A stretch of DNA of 43,150 nt, taken from the IMG/VR virus record IMGVR_UViG_3300012940_000013, positions 1-43,150 of that record, one strand, 5' to 3'. Below, piece after piece: positions 36,126 to 43,150 of this stretch (its first letter is position 1; every line of letters starts with the position of its first letter). A model generated the notes under the pieces. The model saw nothing but the letters and a program-made list of their open reading frames with translations, searched no databases and had not been told where the DNA came from. Position numbers and translations under genes: made by a program. This DNA is from a virus (lineage: Duplodnaviria; Caudoviricetes).

Positions 36126-36433
36126 TGAAGAAATATATCCTTGCAACCATCGCCGCGACCATCTTTGCGGCACCGAATTCTCATGCTTCGGACGCAGCCG
36201 AGTATTGCAGCGCGTTTGCCAATCTGGCGGAGTCGACCGCGGTTGCCCGCGACCGGGGTACTCCGGCCGCGAAGCTCCAGGCCATCGCCGCGCAGCATCA
36301 CGCTAATACCGAGTTCCGCGCGATGGTGGTCTATCTGGTCGATATGGTCTACAACGACAAGAACCTCAAGAGGCTGCCGCCCGAGCGGGTCCGTTCCGTG
36401 GCGCTCGTCGCCTGCTTGCGGAATCAGAAGTGA
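36122..36433 (+). CDS. Secreted/periplasmic protein
   Basis: Sec signal MMKKYILATIAATIFAAPNSHA; two Cys. Confidence 0.75.
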   Translation: MMKKYILATIAATIFAAPNSHASDAAEYCSAFANLAESTAVARDRGTPAAKLQAIAAQHHANTEFRAMVVYLVDMVYNDKNLKRLPPERVRSVALVACLRNQK

Positions 36434-36513
36434 TGGGGGGCGTATGAATATGATCGAGCTAGAGGAGCGCATCGCCGAGATGGATGCCGATCTAGAGGTG
36501 GCAGGAGGCGATC

Positions 36514-36705
36514 ATGGCTAAGAAGCTCTGCGAAATCTGCGGCGCGAGTCCTGCCACCGTGCCCGACCGGAACCGTCCTGGCCGTCTCATCAACCGCGTA
36601 TGTGGTCGATGCCACGGCCTTCGGCTCGCCGGGGATATGCGCGAGATCATGCGCCTGCATGAACAGCGCCGGCAGCGCACCACCGCCCGGGAGGGCGAGC
36701 AATGA
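36514..36705 (+). CDS. Small Zn-finger-like protein
   Basis: CEIC..CGRC; AGGAGG RBS. Confidence 0.7.
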   Translation: MAKKLCEICGASPATVPDRNRPGRLINRVCGRCHGLRLAGDMREIMRLHEQRRQRTTAREGEQ

Positions 36706-36842
36706 ACAATCAACGTGGCTACGTCAGCTTCCCGGAAGGGGTTTTCGTCGCGCTGTTTGCTGCGGGCGTAATTGTTGGTGTTGTGATCGGCGTGGTGCTG
36801 GCGTTCGGCCTGCCGTGGGTGTGGGATTTGTTTACGAGGTGA
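36702..36842 (+). CDS. Small membrane peptide (46 aa), prepilin-like N-terminus
   Basis: MNNQRGYVSFPEGVFVALFAAGVIVGVVIGVVLAFGLPWVWDLFTR; ATGA coupling, GGAGGG RBS. Confidence 0.65.
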   Translation: MNNQRGYVSFPEGVFVALFAAGVIVGVVIGVVLAFGLPWVWDLFTR

Positions 36843-36846
36843 CTAC

Positions 36847-37395
36847 ATGACCGACATCAAACTGCCGCCGCGCCCGGAGCCGGACGGTTTCATCACTGAT
36901 GGCCCCTTCGATAAACCGGTTGTGATTAACGTCTACCGTGACTCCACGCTGGAGACATACGCCAGCGAGGCGGTGCGGATGAATGCGTGCGAGTCCCGCG
37001 CCAGTACCCACGCAGAAGGCTGCTGGTCGTGGGGACCGGCGCACTACGAGTGCGCGGTGAGGGAAATTGAGCGGCTGCGTAAGATGCACCAAGACGCCTA
37101 CCAGAGAGGGCTACAGGCCGGGTCTAGGGGCCTGCGCGAGATGTACGACGCTGTGCAGGCGGCCAAACGCCAGGATGCGTGGGACAACACACGATTGACC
37201 GAGGCCCTGATGGAGGCAGAGGAGCGGGCGGAGCGTGCCGAAGCTGAGAACAAGCGACTGCGTGAGGCGCTGAAAAAGCTGATTACTTGGATTCCATCAG
37301 CGGACACGTATCGACGCTTGGGCTTCGATCCTGACGCGCCGATGCGAGCGTTGGGGGAGGCCCGCGCCGCGCTGGCGCAGGAGGGCGGGCAATGA
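36847..37395 (+). CDS. Hypothetical mosaic coiled-coil protein
   Basis: THAEGCWSWGPAHYECA motif; C-terminus duplicated in 34814..35074. Confidence 0.75.
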   Translation: MTDIKLPPRPEPDGFITDGPFDKPVVINVYRDSTLETYASEAVRMNACESRASTHAEGCWSWGPAHYECAVREIERLRKMHQDAYQRGLQAGSRGLREMYDAVQAAKRQDAWDNTRLTEALMEAEERAERAEAENKRLREALKKLITWIPSADTYRRLGFDPDAPMRALGEARAALAQEGGQ

Positions 37396-37637
37396 GCTCC
37401 GGAAAGCATAACCGGCGCGAGCGCTACATCAGCCGCATGCACTGGTTTGAAAAACGCTGGATGGTCGAACTCGCCATCATCGATGGGAAACCGCTTGCCG
37501 AGATCGGCCGAAAATTCGGCCGCACGCACGCCGGGGTCGCGAAAGCTGTTGGACAGCTGACCGGCTTTTCGGTCGAATTCGCTCGTAAACGATATTGGAA
37601 AGGTCTGCCGACCCCGCCATTTGATACGCAAAAATAA
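37392..37637 (+). CDS. Small HTH-like DNA-binding protein
   Basis: GKPLAEIGRKFGRTHAGVAKAV. Confidence 0.65.
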   Translation: MSSGKHNRRERYISRMHWFEKRWMVELAIIDGKPLAEIGRKFGRTHAGVAKAVGQLTGFSVEFARKRYWKGLPTPPFDTQK

Positions 37638-37642
37638 GCTGT

Positions 37643-39292
37643 ATGAACCTGCGACCCTATCAACGCGCGGCCATCGATTCGATCGGACCATACTTTGAAT
37701 CAGGCGGCCATGCGCCGCTCATCGTCCTGCCAACTGGCACCGGCAAATCCGTCGTCCTTGCAGAATTCATCCGGCAAGCCTGCGCGTCCTGGCCTGATAC
37801 ACACATCCTGGTGCTCACGCACGTCAAGGAGCTCGTCGAGCAGGACGCGCGGAAGATCGCCGAGTGCTGGCCGACCGCGCCGCTTGGCGTCTATTCGGCT
37901 GGCCTGAAAATGCGGCAGCTGCGACAGGTCACGGTGGCGTCGATCCAGTCGGTCTACAACAAGCGCTATATCTACGGTCGATTCGATCTCATCATCGTCG
38001 ACGAGGCGCATTTGATCCCGCACTCGAGCGAGGGCATGTATCGCAAGCTGCTCGACGGATCGCTTGCCGCCAACCCGCACGTCAAGATCATCGGCCTGAC
38101 TGCCACGCCCTACAGGATGAAAGGCGGGCACCTGCACGAAGGCGACGGCGCGCTGTTCGACGGCGTCGCCTACGAATACGGGATCGCCGAAGCGCTCGAG
38201 GAAGGATACCTATGCCGACTCGTGGCGCCTGCAGCCGAGACGGTCGATCTGTCCGGGGTCAAAAAGACGGGCGGCGACTACAACATCGGCCAGCTTGGCG
38301 AGCGCATGAGCGCGGCCGAGCTCGTCGAGGAACATGCCGACGATATCATCCGCCGCTGCGCGGACCGGCACCACTGGCTCGGCTTCTCGCCGACCATCGA
38401 GCATGCGCAGCTAATGGTCGCCGCGCTGCGCAAGCGCGGTGTCACCGCCGACTACGTGACCGGCGAGTGCACGGACCGCGATGAGAAAATCCGGCGGTTC
38501 AAATCCGGCGCGACCAGGTGCTTGTACAACATGGGCGTGCTCACCACCGGCTTCGACTTCCCGGCGATCGACGCGCTCATCTGCCAGCGGGCGACCAAGA
38601 GCCCCGGCCTGTACGTGCAGATTGCCGGCCGCGGGACGCGCCCGGTCTATGCGCCTGGCTTTGATCTGGATACGCGCGAGGGACGTCTGGCCGCCATCGC
38701 CGCCGGCCAGAAGCCAAATTGCCTGTTCCTTGACTACGGCGGCAACGTGCGCGAGCACGGGTATATCGACCAGGTCGAGATCCGCCGACCGGGCAAAGGG
38801 GGCGGCGAGGCCCCGGTCAAGGAATGCCCGCGCTGCCGCAACCTGGTGCCGACGATGACTCGGTTTTGCCGCATGGAAGTCGGCAGTGGCGGACTCGCCA
38901 ACGACGGCAAAGTCTGCGGCCATGAATTCGAGATCGCGCCGCGCGAGGCCGAGACGATCGCGCACATGGGCGCCGTGATCTCGACAGACGTGCCGCCCGT
39001 CGAGATGGAAGTCGAAAAGACCCTGTTCGCCAAGCACGTCGGCCGCAGCGGCATCCCAACCATGCGCGTTGATTACTATTCCGGCCTGCAGCGCGTGAGC
39101 GAATACATCTGCATCGAGCATCAGGGATACGCCAGGGAGAAAGCGCGCCGATGGTGGGCCAGGCGCTGCCCTTGGCCGATGCCCGACACAGTCGACGAGG
39201 CGGTCGAGGCCGGGCCATATCTGCAGCCCGTGCGTAAGTTGCTAGTGTCGTTTGCCAGCAAGTATCCGGAGATATTGCGCCACGAATTTTGA
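37643..39292 (+). CDS. SF2 DEAH helicase (RadD/YejH-like) with C-terminal Zn ribbon
   Basis: LRPYQ, LPTGTGKS, VDEAH, GLTATP, LTTGFD, QIAGRGTR, CPRC. Confidence 0.92.
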   Translation: MNLRPYQRAAIDSIGPYFESGGHAPLIVLPTGTGKSVVLAEFIRQACASWPDTHILVLTHVKELVEQDARKIAECWPTAPLGVYSAGLKMRQLRQVTVASIQSVYNKRYIYGRFDLIIVDEAHLIPHSSEGMYRKLLDGSLAANPHVKIIGLTATPYRMKGGHLHEGDGALFDGVAYEYGIAEALEEGYLCRLVAPAAETVDLSGVKKTGGDYNIGQLGERMSAAELVEEHADDIIRRCADRHHWLGFSPTIEHAQLMVAALRKRGVTADYVTGECTDRDEKIRRFKSGATRCLYNMGVLTTGFDFPAIDALICQRATKSPGLYVQIAGRGTRPVYAPGFDLDTREGRLAAIAAGQKPNCLFLDYGGNVREHGYIDQVEIRRPGKGGGEAPVKECPRCRNLVPTMTRFCRMEVGSGGLANDGKVCGHEFEIAPREAETIAHMGAVISTDVPPVEMEVEKTLFAKHVGRSGIPTMRVDYYSGLQRVSEYICIEHQGYAREKARRWWARRCPWPMPDTVDEAVEAGPYLQPVRKLLVSFASKYPEILRHEF

Positions 39293-39311
39293 CCCCTTGA
39301 TTCCCATGACA

Positions 39312-39330
39312 TGATGCGGTTATCTCATCA
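39312..39330. promoter_or_regulatory. Operator immediately upstream of xis
   Basis: TGATGCG-GTTAT-CTCATCA. Confidence 0.6.
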
Positions 39331-39333
39331 CGC

Positions 39334-39636
39334 ATGAGATACCTACGCATCCGGCAGTTCGCTGCCGAGACCGGATACACCGAGAAAGCCATCCGCCGGA
39401 AGATCGAGGAAGGCATCTTCGTCGAGGGTATCCACTGGCGCCGCGCGCCGGACAACTGCATCGTCATCGACAAGGAGGCATATGAGGCATGGGTCGAGGG
39501 GGCAATGGAAAGCGCACGGGCATCGAAATCCGCTCGGGCAAGAGCCGGATCGTGTTCCAGTTGTTGCTTGAGCGATACAGCCGCTGGATACCAGGCGCCG
39601 ACGGCGGCGCTGAGCGTGATAAACTTGAGGTGTTGA
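39334..39636 (+). CDS. xis: Excisionase-like protein (C-terminus possibly extended by the downstream deletion)
   Basis: MRYLRIRQFAAETGYTEKAIRRKIEEG..WRRAPD..IDKEAYEAWVE, a winged-helix Xis pattern. Confidence 0.8.
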   Translation: MRYLRIRQFAAETGYTEKAIRRKIEEGIFVEGIHWRRAPDNCIVIDKEAYEAWVEGAMESARASKSARARAGSCSSCCLSDTAAGYQAPTAALSVINLRC

Positions 39637-39662
39637 TACAAGGTCAACGCCTGGCGAAATAG
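39489..39662 (+). pseudogene. Tyrosine integrase remnant (N-terminal arm fused to extreme C-terminus, 57 aa)
   Basis: Starts inside xis as the cognate integrases do: MGRGGNGKRTGIEIRSGKSRIVFQ then LLLERYSRWIPGADGGAERDKLE. Confidence 0.65.
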
Positions 39663-39741
39663 GCCAGGACCATCACGCATGGCGGTTGGCCCGGTTTCGA
39701 TGCCGCGCGATTCAGGTTCCCAAAGCCTGAGCAGCCGCCAG

Positions 39742-39886
39742 CCGTGATGGTGAATGCGCAGGCTGATGCGCAGCGCGAGGCCCGTAGATTGTCAGGGACT
39801 GAAACTGACAGCTAGCACGACTCGGATGCTGGCGGCGCCGCTGAGCAAGAAGGCAAGCCGGAGATCAGCACCGGCCACCATCACGG
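39742..39886 (+). ncRNA. tRNA-like element 1
   Basis: 11-bp closing stem CCGTGATGGTG/CACCATCACGG; D-like arm GCGCA-GGCTGA-TGCGC; T-like arm GCCGG-AGATCAGCA-CCGGC. Confidence 0.7.
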
Positions 39887-40001
39887 TGCCAGCAATGGCT
39901 GTTAGACCGCCAGTCCGTTATCTGGCGGCGAGTGTGACCACACTTTCAGATTGGACGTGGCATTCCGGTGCAAGCCCGGCTGACACCCCGGAAAGACGGG
40001 G
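39885..40001 (+). ncRNA. tRNA-like element 2 plus 3' GAAAGA hairpin
   Basis: GGTGCCAG/CTGACACC closing stem; T-like arm CCGG-TGCAAGC-CCGG; internal CCGCCAG/CTGGCGG hairpin; CCCCG-GAAAGA-CGGGG. Confidence 0.55.
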
Positions 40002-40002
40002 G

Positions 40003-40114
40003 CCATCATCGAGGCGGTTAGGTTAATGAGGTTCGACCAGCCAACCCCGTAGGTCGCGCGGAAACGCGGGGAAGGACAGCACGCCGGTTCGAGTCCGGCA
40101 CGCCTCGATGATGG
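40003..40114 (+). ncRNA. tRNA-like element 3 (canonical T-loop)
   Basis: 14-bp closing stem CCATCATCGAGGCG/CGCCTCGATGATGG; GCCGG-TTCGAGT-CCGGC; no canonical anticodon arm. Confidence 0.7.
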
Positions 40115-40230
40115 TGCGGCGTGGAAAGCAGACACGCAGCGAGTAGATGCAGCAGGCCCTCCATTTGTCCCGGAGACGCGATGCGCTTCAAAGGCCAGCA
40201 CCTAGCCGGAGTAGCTCCCGGCCACCATCA
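40109..40230 (+). ncRNA. tRNA-like element 4
   Basis: TGATGGTG/CACCATCA stem; GCGTG-GAAAGCAGA-CACGC arm; GCCGG-AGTAGCTC-CCGGC arm. Confidence 0.65.
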
Positions 40231-40347
40231 ACAAGCCGCTGCAGTTGCGGCGTCGATGGCCTGATCCGCCTTTTCATCCACAGCCTCGAGCTCGCCTTTC
40301 GTGGCCGGCTCGAAGTCAAGCATGTCGGCCGGAACCTTCGTGACCAT
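40228..40347 (-). pseudogene. Short (39 aa), possibly truncated structural gene after the spanins
   Basis: MVTKVPADMLDFEPATKGELEAVDEKADQAIDAATAAAC; its stop comes from the end of tRNA-like element 4; preceded by a G12 tract. Confidence 0.4.
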
Positions 40348-40368
40348 ATCCCCCCCCCCCCTTTTGCG

Positions 40369-40587
40369 CTATTGGCATAGCGCCTCGATCCGCTCGTTAT
40401 GACGAACGATTTGCCGAACGACCGGCATCGGCGTCGCCTCGAGCTCCTGCTCGGAGTCCCAAAAAATCGGCTCGGCGTGATCGCAGTATTCAATGCCGAC
40501 GCGGGCCGGCGGGTTACTTACGCACCCACTTGCGAGCACGCTCGCGCACAGCAGCGTCGCCACTGCGAGCAATCTCAAGTTCGACAT
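40369..40587 (-). CDS. o-spanin (Rz1-like lipoprotein)
   Basis: Lipobox LASG-C; overlaps the 3' end of the i-spanin; RQIVRHNE..LC. Confidence 0.8.
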   Translation of the reverse strand: MSNLRLLAVATLLCASVLASGCVSNPPARVGIEYCDHAEPIFWDSEQELEATPMPVVRQIVRHNERIEALCQ

Positions 40588-40765
40588 TGCGCACTTTCTC
40601 GCGGGCCTTCTCGCCCTGTTCGTTAAGTTGGGTCTCGCGCTTGGCGACCTCGTCGGACCGCCCCGAGGCGCGACCCTGGAAGTATACGCCGATGACCGCC
40701 GCAACGGCCGCGAGCGCCGCGACGATGTAGCCGACAAACTCACTTGCCAGAGCGGTCAGCATCAT
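40514..40765 (-). CDS. i-spanin (Rz-like)
   Basis: N-terminal TM plus coiled coil; follows the holin. Confidence 0.75.
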   Translation of the reverse strand: MMLTALASEFVGYIVAALAAVAAVIGVYFQGRASGRSDEVAKRETQLNEQGEKAREKVRNVELEIARSGDAAVRERARKWVRK

Positions 40766-40982
40766 TCCCCCCTTGGTCGATCAGGCGGCCGATCATGCCG
40801 AGCACGAGCACCGAGATCGCCGCGATCGTTACCCATATGCTCGGGATGCCGGCCTTCAGATCACTCGGCATGGCCGCCCATCCGCCCTGAATGGCGATCG
40901 AGATTGCCATGCACTGCTGCGAGAACCAGCGCCAGCACCGGCGCCAGCCAGGGACGAGGCGCACACGGCGGCAGCGTTTCAT
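40740..40982 (-). CDS. Holin
   Basis: RLVPGWRRCWRWFS..two TM segments..GRLIDQ; ATGA-coupled to the endolysin. Confidence 0.75.
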   Translation of the reverse strand: MKRCRRVRLVPGWRRCWRWFSQQCMAISIAIQGGWAAMPSDLKAGIPSIWVTIAAISVLVLGMIGRLIDQGGNDADRSGK

Positions 40983-41551
40983 GCCGGGATCTCCACTCGA
41001 TTCAGGAACCAACCATAAGTGAATGCTTCTTGGCTCGGGTTGGCCTCGGTAATCGTCAGGTAGCGCTCGCCTTGCTGTGCATTGAGCGCGCGCAGCAAGA
41101 CCGTCATTCCAGTCGCGCCGCGCTTGTTTGCCATCGCTCGCAGCGCGCCAAGCGTCGCAGGCCCAACCTGGCCGTCGACCTTGATATCCGGCCAGTCGGC
41201 CGCATTGCGATTGAACGCATTCAGCGCCCGCTGCAGGAAGCGTCCGGCCCAGGACGGCGCCATGTTGACCGCCGTGTCAAACATCTCGATCGCCACCGGC
41301 ACCGAAACCGCCGCGACGTCATCGCCGCGGATTGCATTCCAGTACAGCGCCCGGTAGATGGCCGCAGCTTGCTCGGCCGTCAGTTCCTCGATGCGCGTGC
41401 CAGCCGGGACGACACCAGCGCGAACCGCGCGTTGCAACGTGCCTTCGGTCACGCCGAGCATGGTCTTGCCGCCGCGATCAGCTTTGTGATCTGAGTAACC
41501 GCCCTCGATGCCGAGGACATGCGCGAGTGCCCTATCGAACGGACTTTCCAT
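40979..41551 (-). CDS. Endolysin, glycoside hydrolase family 108 with PG-binding domain
   Basis: IEGGYSDHKADRGGKTMLGVT, FDTAVNM, LQRALN, VDGQVGPAT, FTYGWFLNR. Confidence 0.93.
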   Translation of the reverse strand: MESPFDRALAHVLGIEGGYSDHKADRGGKTMLGVTEGTLQRAVRAGVVPAGTRIEELTAEQAAAIYRALYWNAIRGDDVAAVSVPVAIEMFDTAVNMAPSWAGRFLQRALNAFNRNAADWPDIKVDGQVGPATLGALRAMANKRGATGMTVLLRALNAQQGERYLTITEANPSQEAFTYGWFLNRVEIPA

Positions 41552-41963
41552 CTTTCTTGTCGTCAGCCGACGAGCGGCCGCGGGATTCAAATTCGAGCCA
41601 GGAAACGCGACGATCGAGCGTCACGACCATGTCATTCGTATTGCGGATGATCCCCTCGTAGTTGTCCGTGATGCGGACGAGCAACGTAACGACGATGCCA
41701 AAAAGGACGGTGGAAACCGCGTAAGCGCCAATACCCCGGTTGATCCACTTCTCGACTTTGGCGTCCACTTGCTTGACCGTGCCGGCGGTCTCGCTCACTT
41801 CCTCAAACAGGATATCGATGCGCTTGTTGTGCACGCTGTCGCGCTCGTGCATCAAAGCAACGCCCTCGGACAACCGAGGAATGTGCGCCGCCTGCTCGAG
41901 CAAGACCTGCAGTGCAGACTCGATCCGCGCCAGGCGCTCAGCGGTTTCGTCATGGCTCGGCAT
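41532..41963 (-). CDS. Coiled-coil membrane protein (holin/antiholin-like) heading the lysis cassette
   Basis: Coiled coil plus a single TM (KWINRGIGAYAVSTVLFGIVV). Confidence 0.65.
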   Translation of the reverse strand: MPSHDETAERLARIESALQVLLEQAAHIPRLSEGVALMHERDSVHNKRIDILFEEVSETAGTVKQVDAKVEKWINRGIGAYAVSTVLFGIVVTLLVRITDNYEGIIRNTNDMVVTLDRRVSWLEFESRGRSSADDKKDGKSVR

Positions 41964-41993
41964 AAACGGTTACTCAATGCGCACGTTGCTTGG

Positions 41994-42024
41994 TTATACC
42001 ATACGCGATGCGATTTTGCCATCG
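41994..42024 (-). promoter_or_regulatory. Putative lysis promoter (TGGTATAAC) with adjacent operator
   Basis: CGATGCG-ATTTT-GCCATCG at 42006-42024; extended -10 just downstream on the minus strand. Confidence 0.55.
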
Positions 42025-42036
42025 CGCAGGGCGCGG

Positions 42037-43150
42037 TTATACGTCTTGCACCCCGGCCGTGTAGTGCACTTGCACGCTGTCCGTGGATGTGAAATTCGCG
42101 CCGTCACAGGTGCGAACCCCCATGCGGATCAAATCTGCGGTGTAGCTGTAGACGATGGGCCGAACCTCCTTTCCGCCGACTACCTGCTTAGCTGCGCCAT
42201 TGACGCCGGAGTAGGAAACGCTAACCGATGGCCGGCGCGAATACTTGTATCGGAAACTTTGGCCGGCATCGATCGCGCTGGCGTCGTTCGACGGGACGCC
42301 AAGAGTCGCCCATCCACGCTGCGCCATTTCCCGAGTGCTGACCGCGGCGATAGACGCATCCGGGTAGATCAGATACGCGCCGGCCGGGCCGTAGACGTTG
42401 TCGACGATCAGGAAGTTCGACAGGAGCGTTGGAGAGAGCACGTCCCTGGCAAAGAGGAACGCCAGTAGCGCAGGCGCCTGCACGGTCAGCCCGTCGATGT
42501 GCACCGACACAGCAAGGTTCGCATTCTGGCCGTTGATAAACACTGCCTTTGCGTTGGAAACCGCATTCGGAGCAACGATGGTTACGTTGCGCACGAGGAC
42601 GCGCAGCGTCTCCCGCATGCCAGTCGCCTCAGCGGCACCTTCCCCGATGCCGAGCACGTTGATGTGAATGAACCCGGTTACGTTTCCGTCGCCCGTCGTT
42701 TGGATCGTGACGTTCTCGATGCTAAGCGTACCGCCGTTGACCTCGGTGCCGTAGATGGCCTTTCGGTCAGCGAATGCGCCGCCGGTTTCGCCGATGATCG
42801 TGCTGTTGCGGATGCTTAGGTTGCGCCCACCGACGCTGCAGCCGCTGATGAAAAAGCAGTTGTCGTAAGTGACGTAGTCGGAGTTTCCATGCACGTCGCC
42901 AGAGTTGGTATTGGCACTGTTATTCAGCAGCGACATACCGGAGACGCTGACGTACCGATTGGGGACCGTGGCCTCCAAGTCGGTCCCGCCAATAGCGACA
43001 GAGTGCCGGGAAGCAAAGGCGCCTTTCCCGCTTATCGAAACGTGCGTCGAATTGGATACGACGATGCCGTATTCGTTGTTGTCGTGAGGCGATGCGTTGA
43101 TCGGCGCGCTGTCATAGACGCTCACGTTGTAGCAGCGATCGAGCACGACG
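42037..43150 (-). CDS. Tailspike C-terminal part (beta-helix depolymerase-like)
   Basis: N/S/G/V/I-rich beta-helix-like repeats, in frame with 1850..1. Confidence 0.85.
   Translation of the reverse strand, partial: VVLDRCYNVSVYDSAPINASPHDNNEYGIVVSNSTHVSISGKGAFASRHSVAIGGTDLEATVPNRYVSVSGMSLLNNSANTNSGDVHGNSDYVTYDNCFFISGCSVGGRNLSIRNSTIIGETGGAFADRKAIYGTEVNGGTLSIENVTIQTTGDGNVTGFIHINVLGIGEGAAEATGMRETLRVLVRNVTIVAPNAVSNAKAVFINGQNANLAVSVHIDGLTVQAPALLAFLFARDVLSPTLLSNFLIVDNVYGPAGAYLIYPDASIAAVSTREMAQRGWATLGVPSNDASAIDAGQSFRYKYSRRPSVSVSYSGVNGAAKQVVGGKEVRPIVYSYTADLIRMGVRTCDGANFTSTDSVQVHYTAGVQDV
43028..43150. repeat. Terminal direct repeat, copy 2
   Basis: Identical to 1-123. Confidence 0.95.

Noticed and set aside
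34930-37378. DGR template/variable repeat pair
   Set aside because: No reverse transcriptase in the genome, differences are not confined to adenines, and both copies are coding.
40003-40114. Canonical tRNA gene or attP core
   Set aside because: Only the T-arm is canonical and no 7-nt anticodon loop on a 5-bp stem is evident. An attP role cannot be tested without the host genome.

Overview
The window is an apparently complete, circularly assembled GC-rich podovirus genome of about 43,027 bp. Bases 1-123 are repeated at 43028-43150, inside the tailspike gene. Gene content resembles the BPP-1/epsilon15/phiV10-type phages, and a proteobacterial host is inferred from the spanins and sigma70-type promoters. 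The minus strand carries the late region: RusA, TerS, TerL, portal, scaffold, capsid, tail tubes A/B, internal virion proteins (an SLT protein and a ~2650-aa polyvalent ART/JAB/zincin protein), a beta-helix tailspike and the lysis cassette. It also carries a Cro-like regulator, a primase-polymerase/helicase and a DNA methyltransferase. The plus strand carries an early recombination operon (Sak4-like ATPase, DUF669 SSB, Cas4-like nuclease, SF2 helicase) and many small ORFs. Most notable: (1) a compact array of four tRNA-mimic RNA folds without canonical anticodon arms at 39742-40230; (2) an integrase apparently collapsed to a 57-aa N+C fusion, with no CI, suggesting loss of lysogeny; (3) a genome-wide 19-bp palindromic operator, YGWTGMK-N5-MTCAWCR; (4) a C4-like antisense cloverleaf upstream of the primase; (5) a repeat-delimited cassette of four micro-genes; and (6) an iteron/IHF candidate origin. 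All calls are by eye from sequence and motifs; no searches were run.
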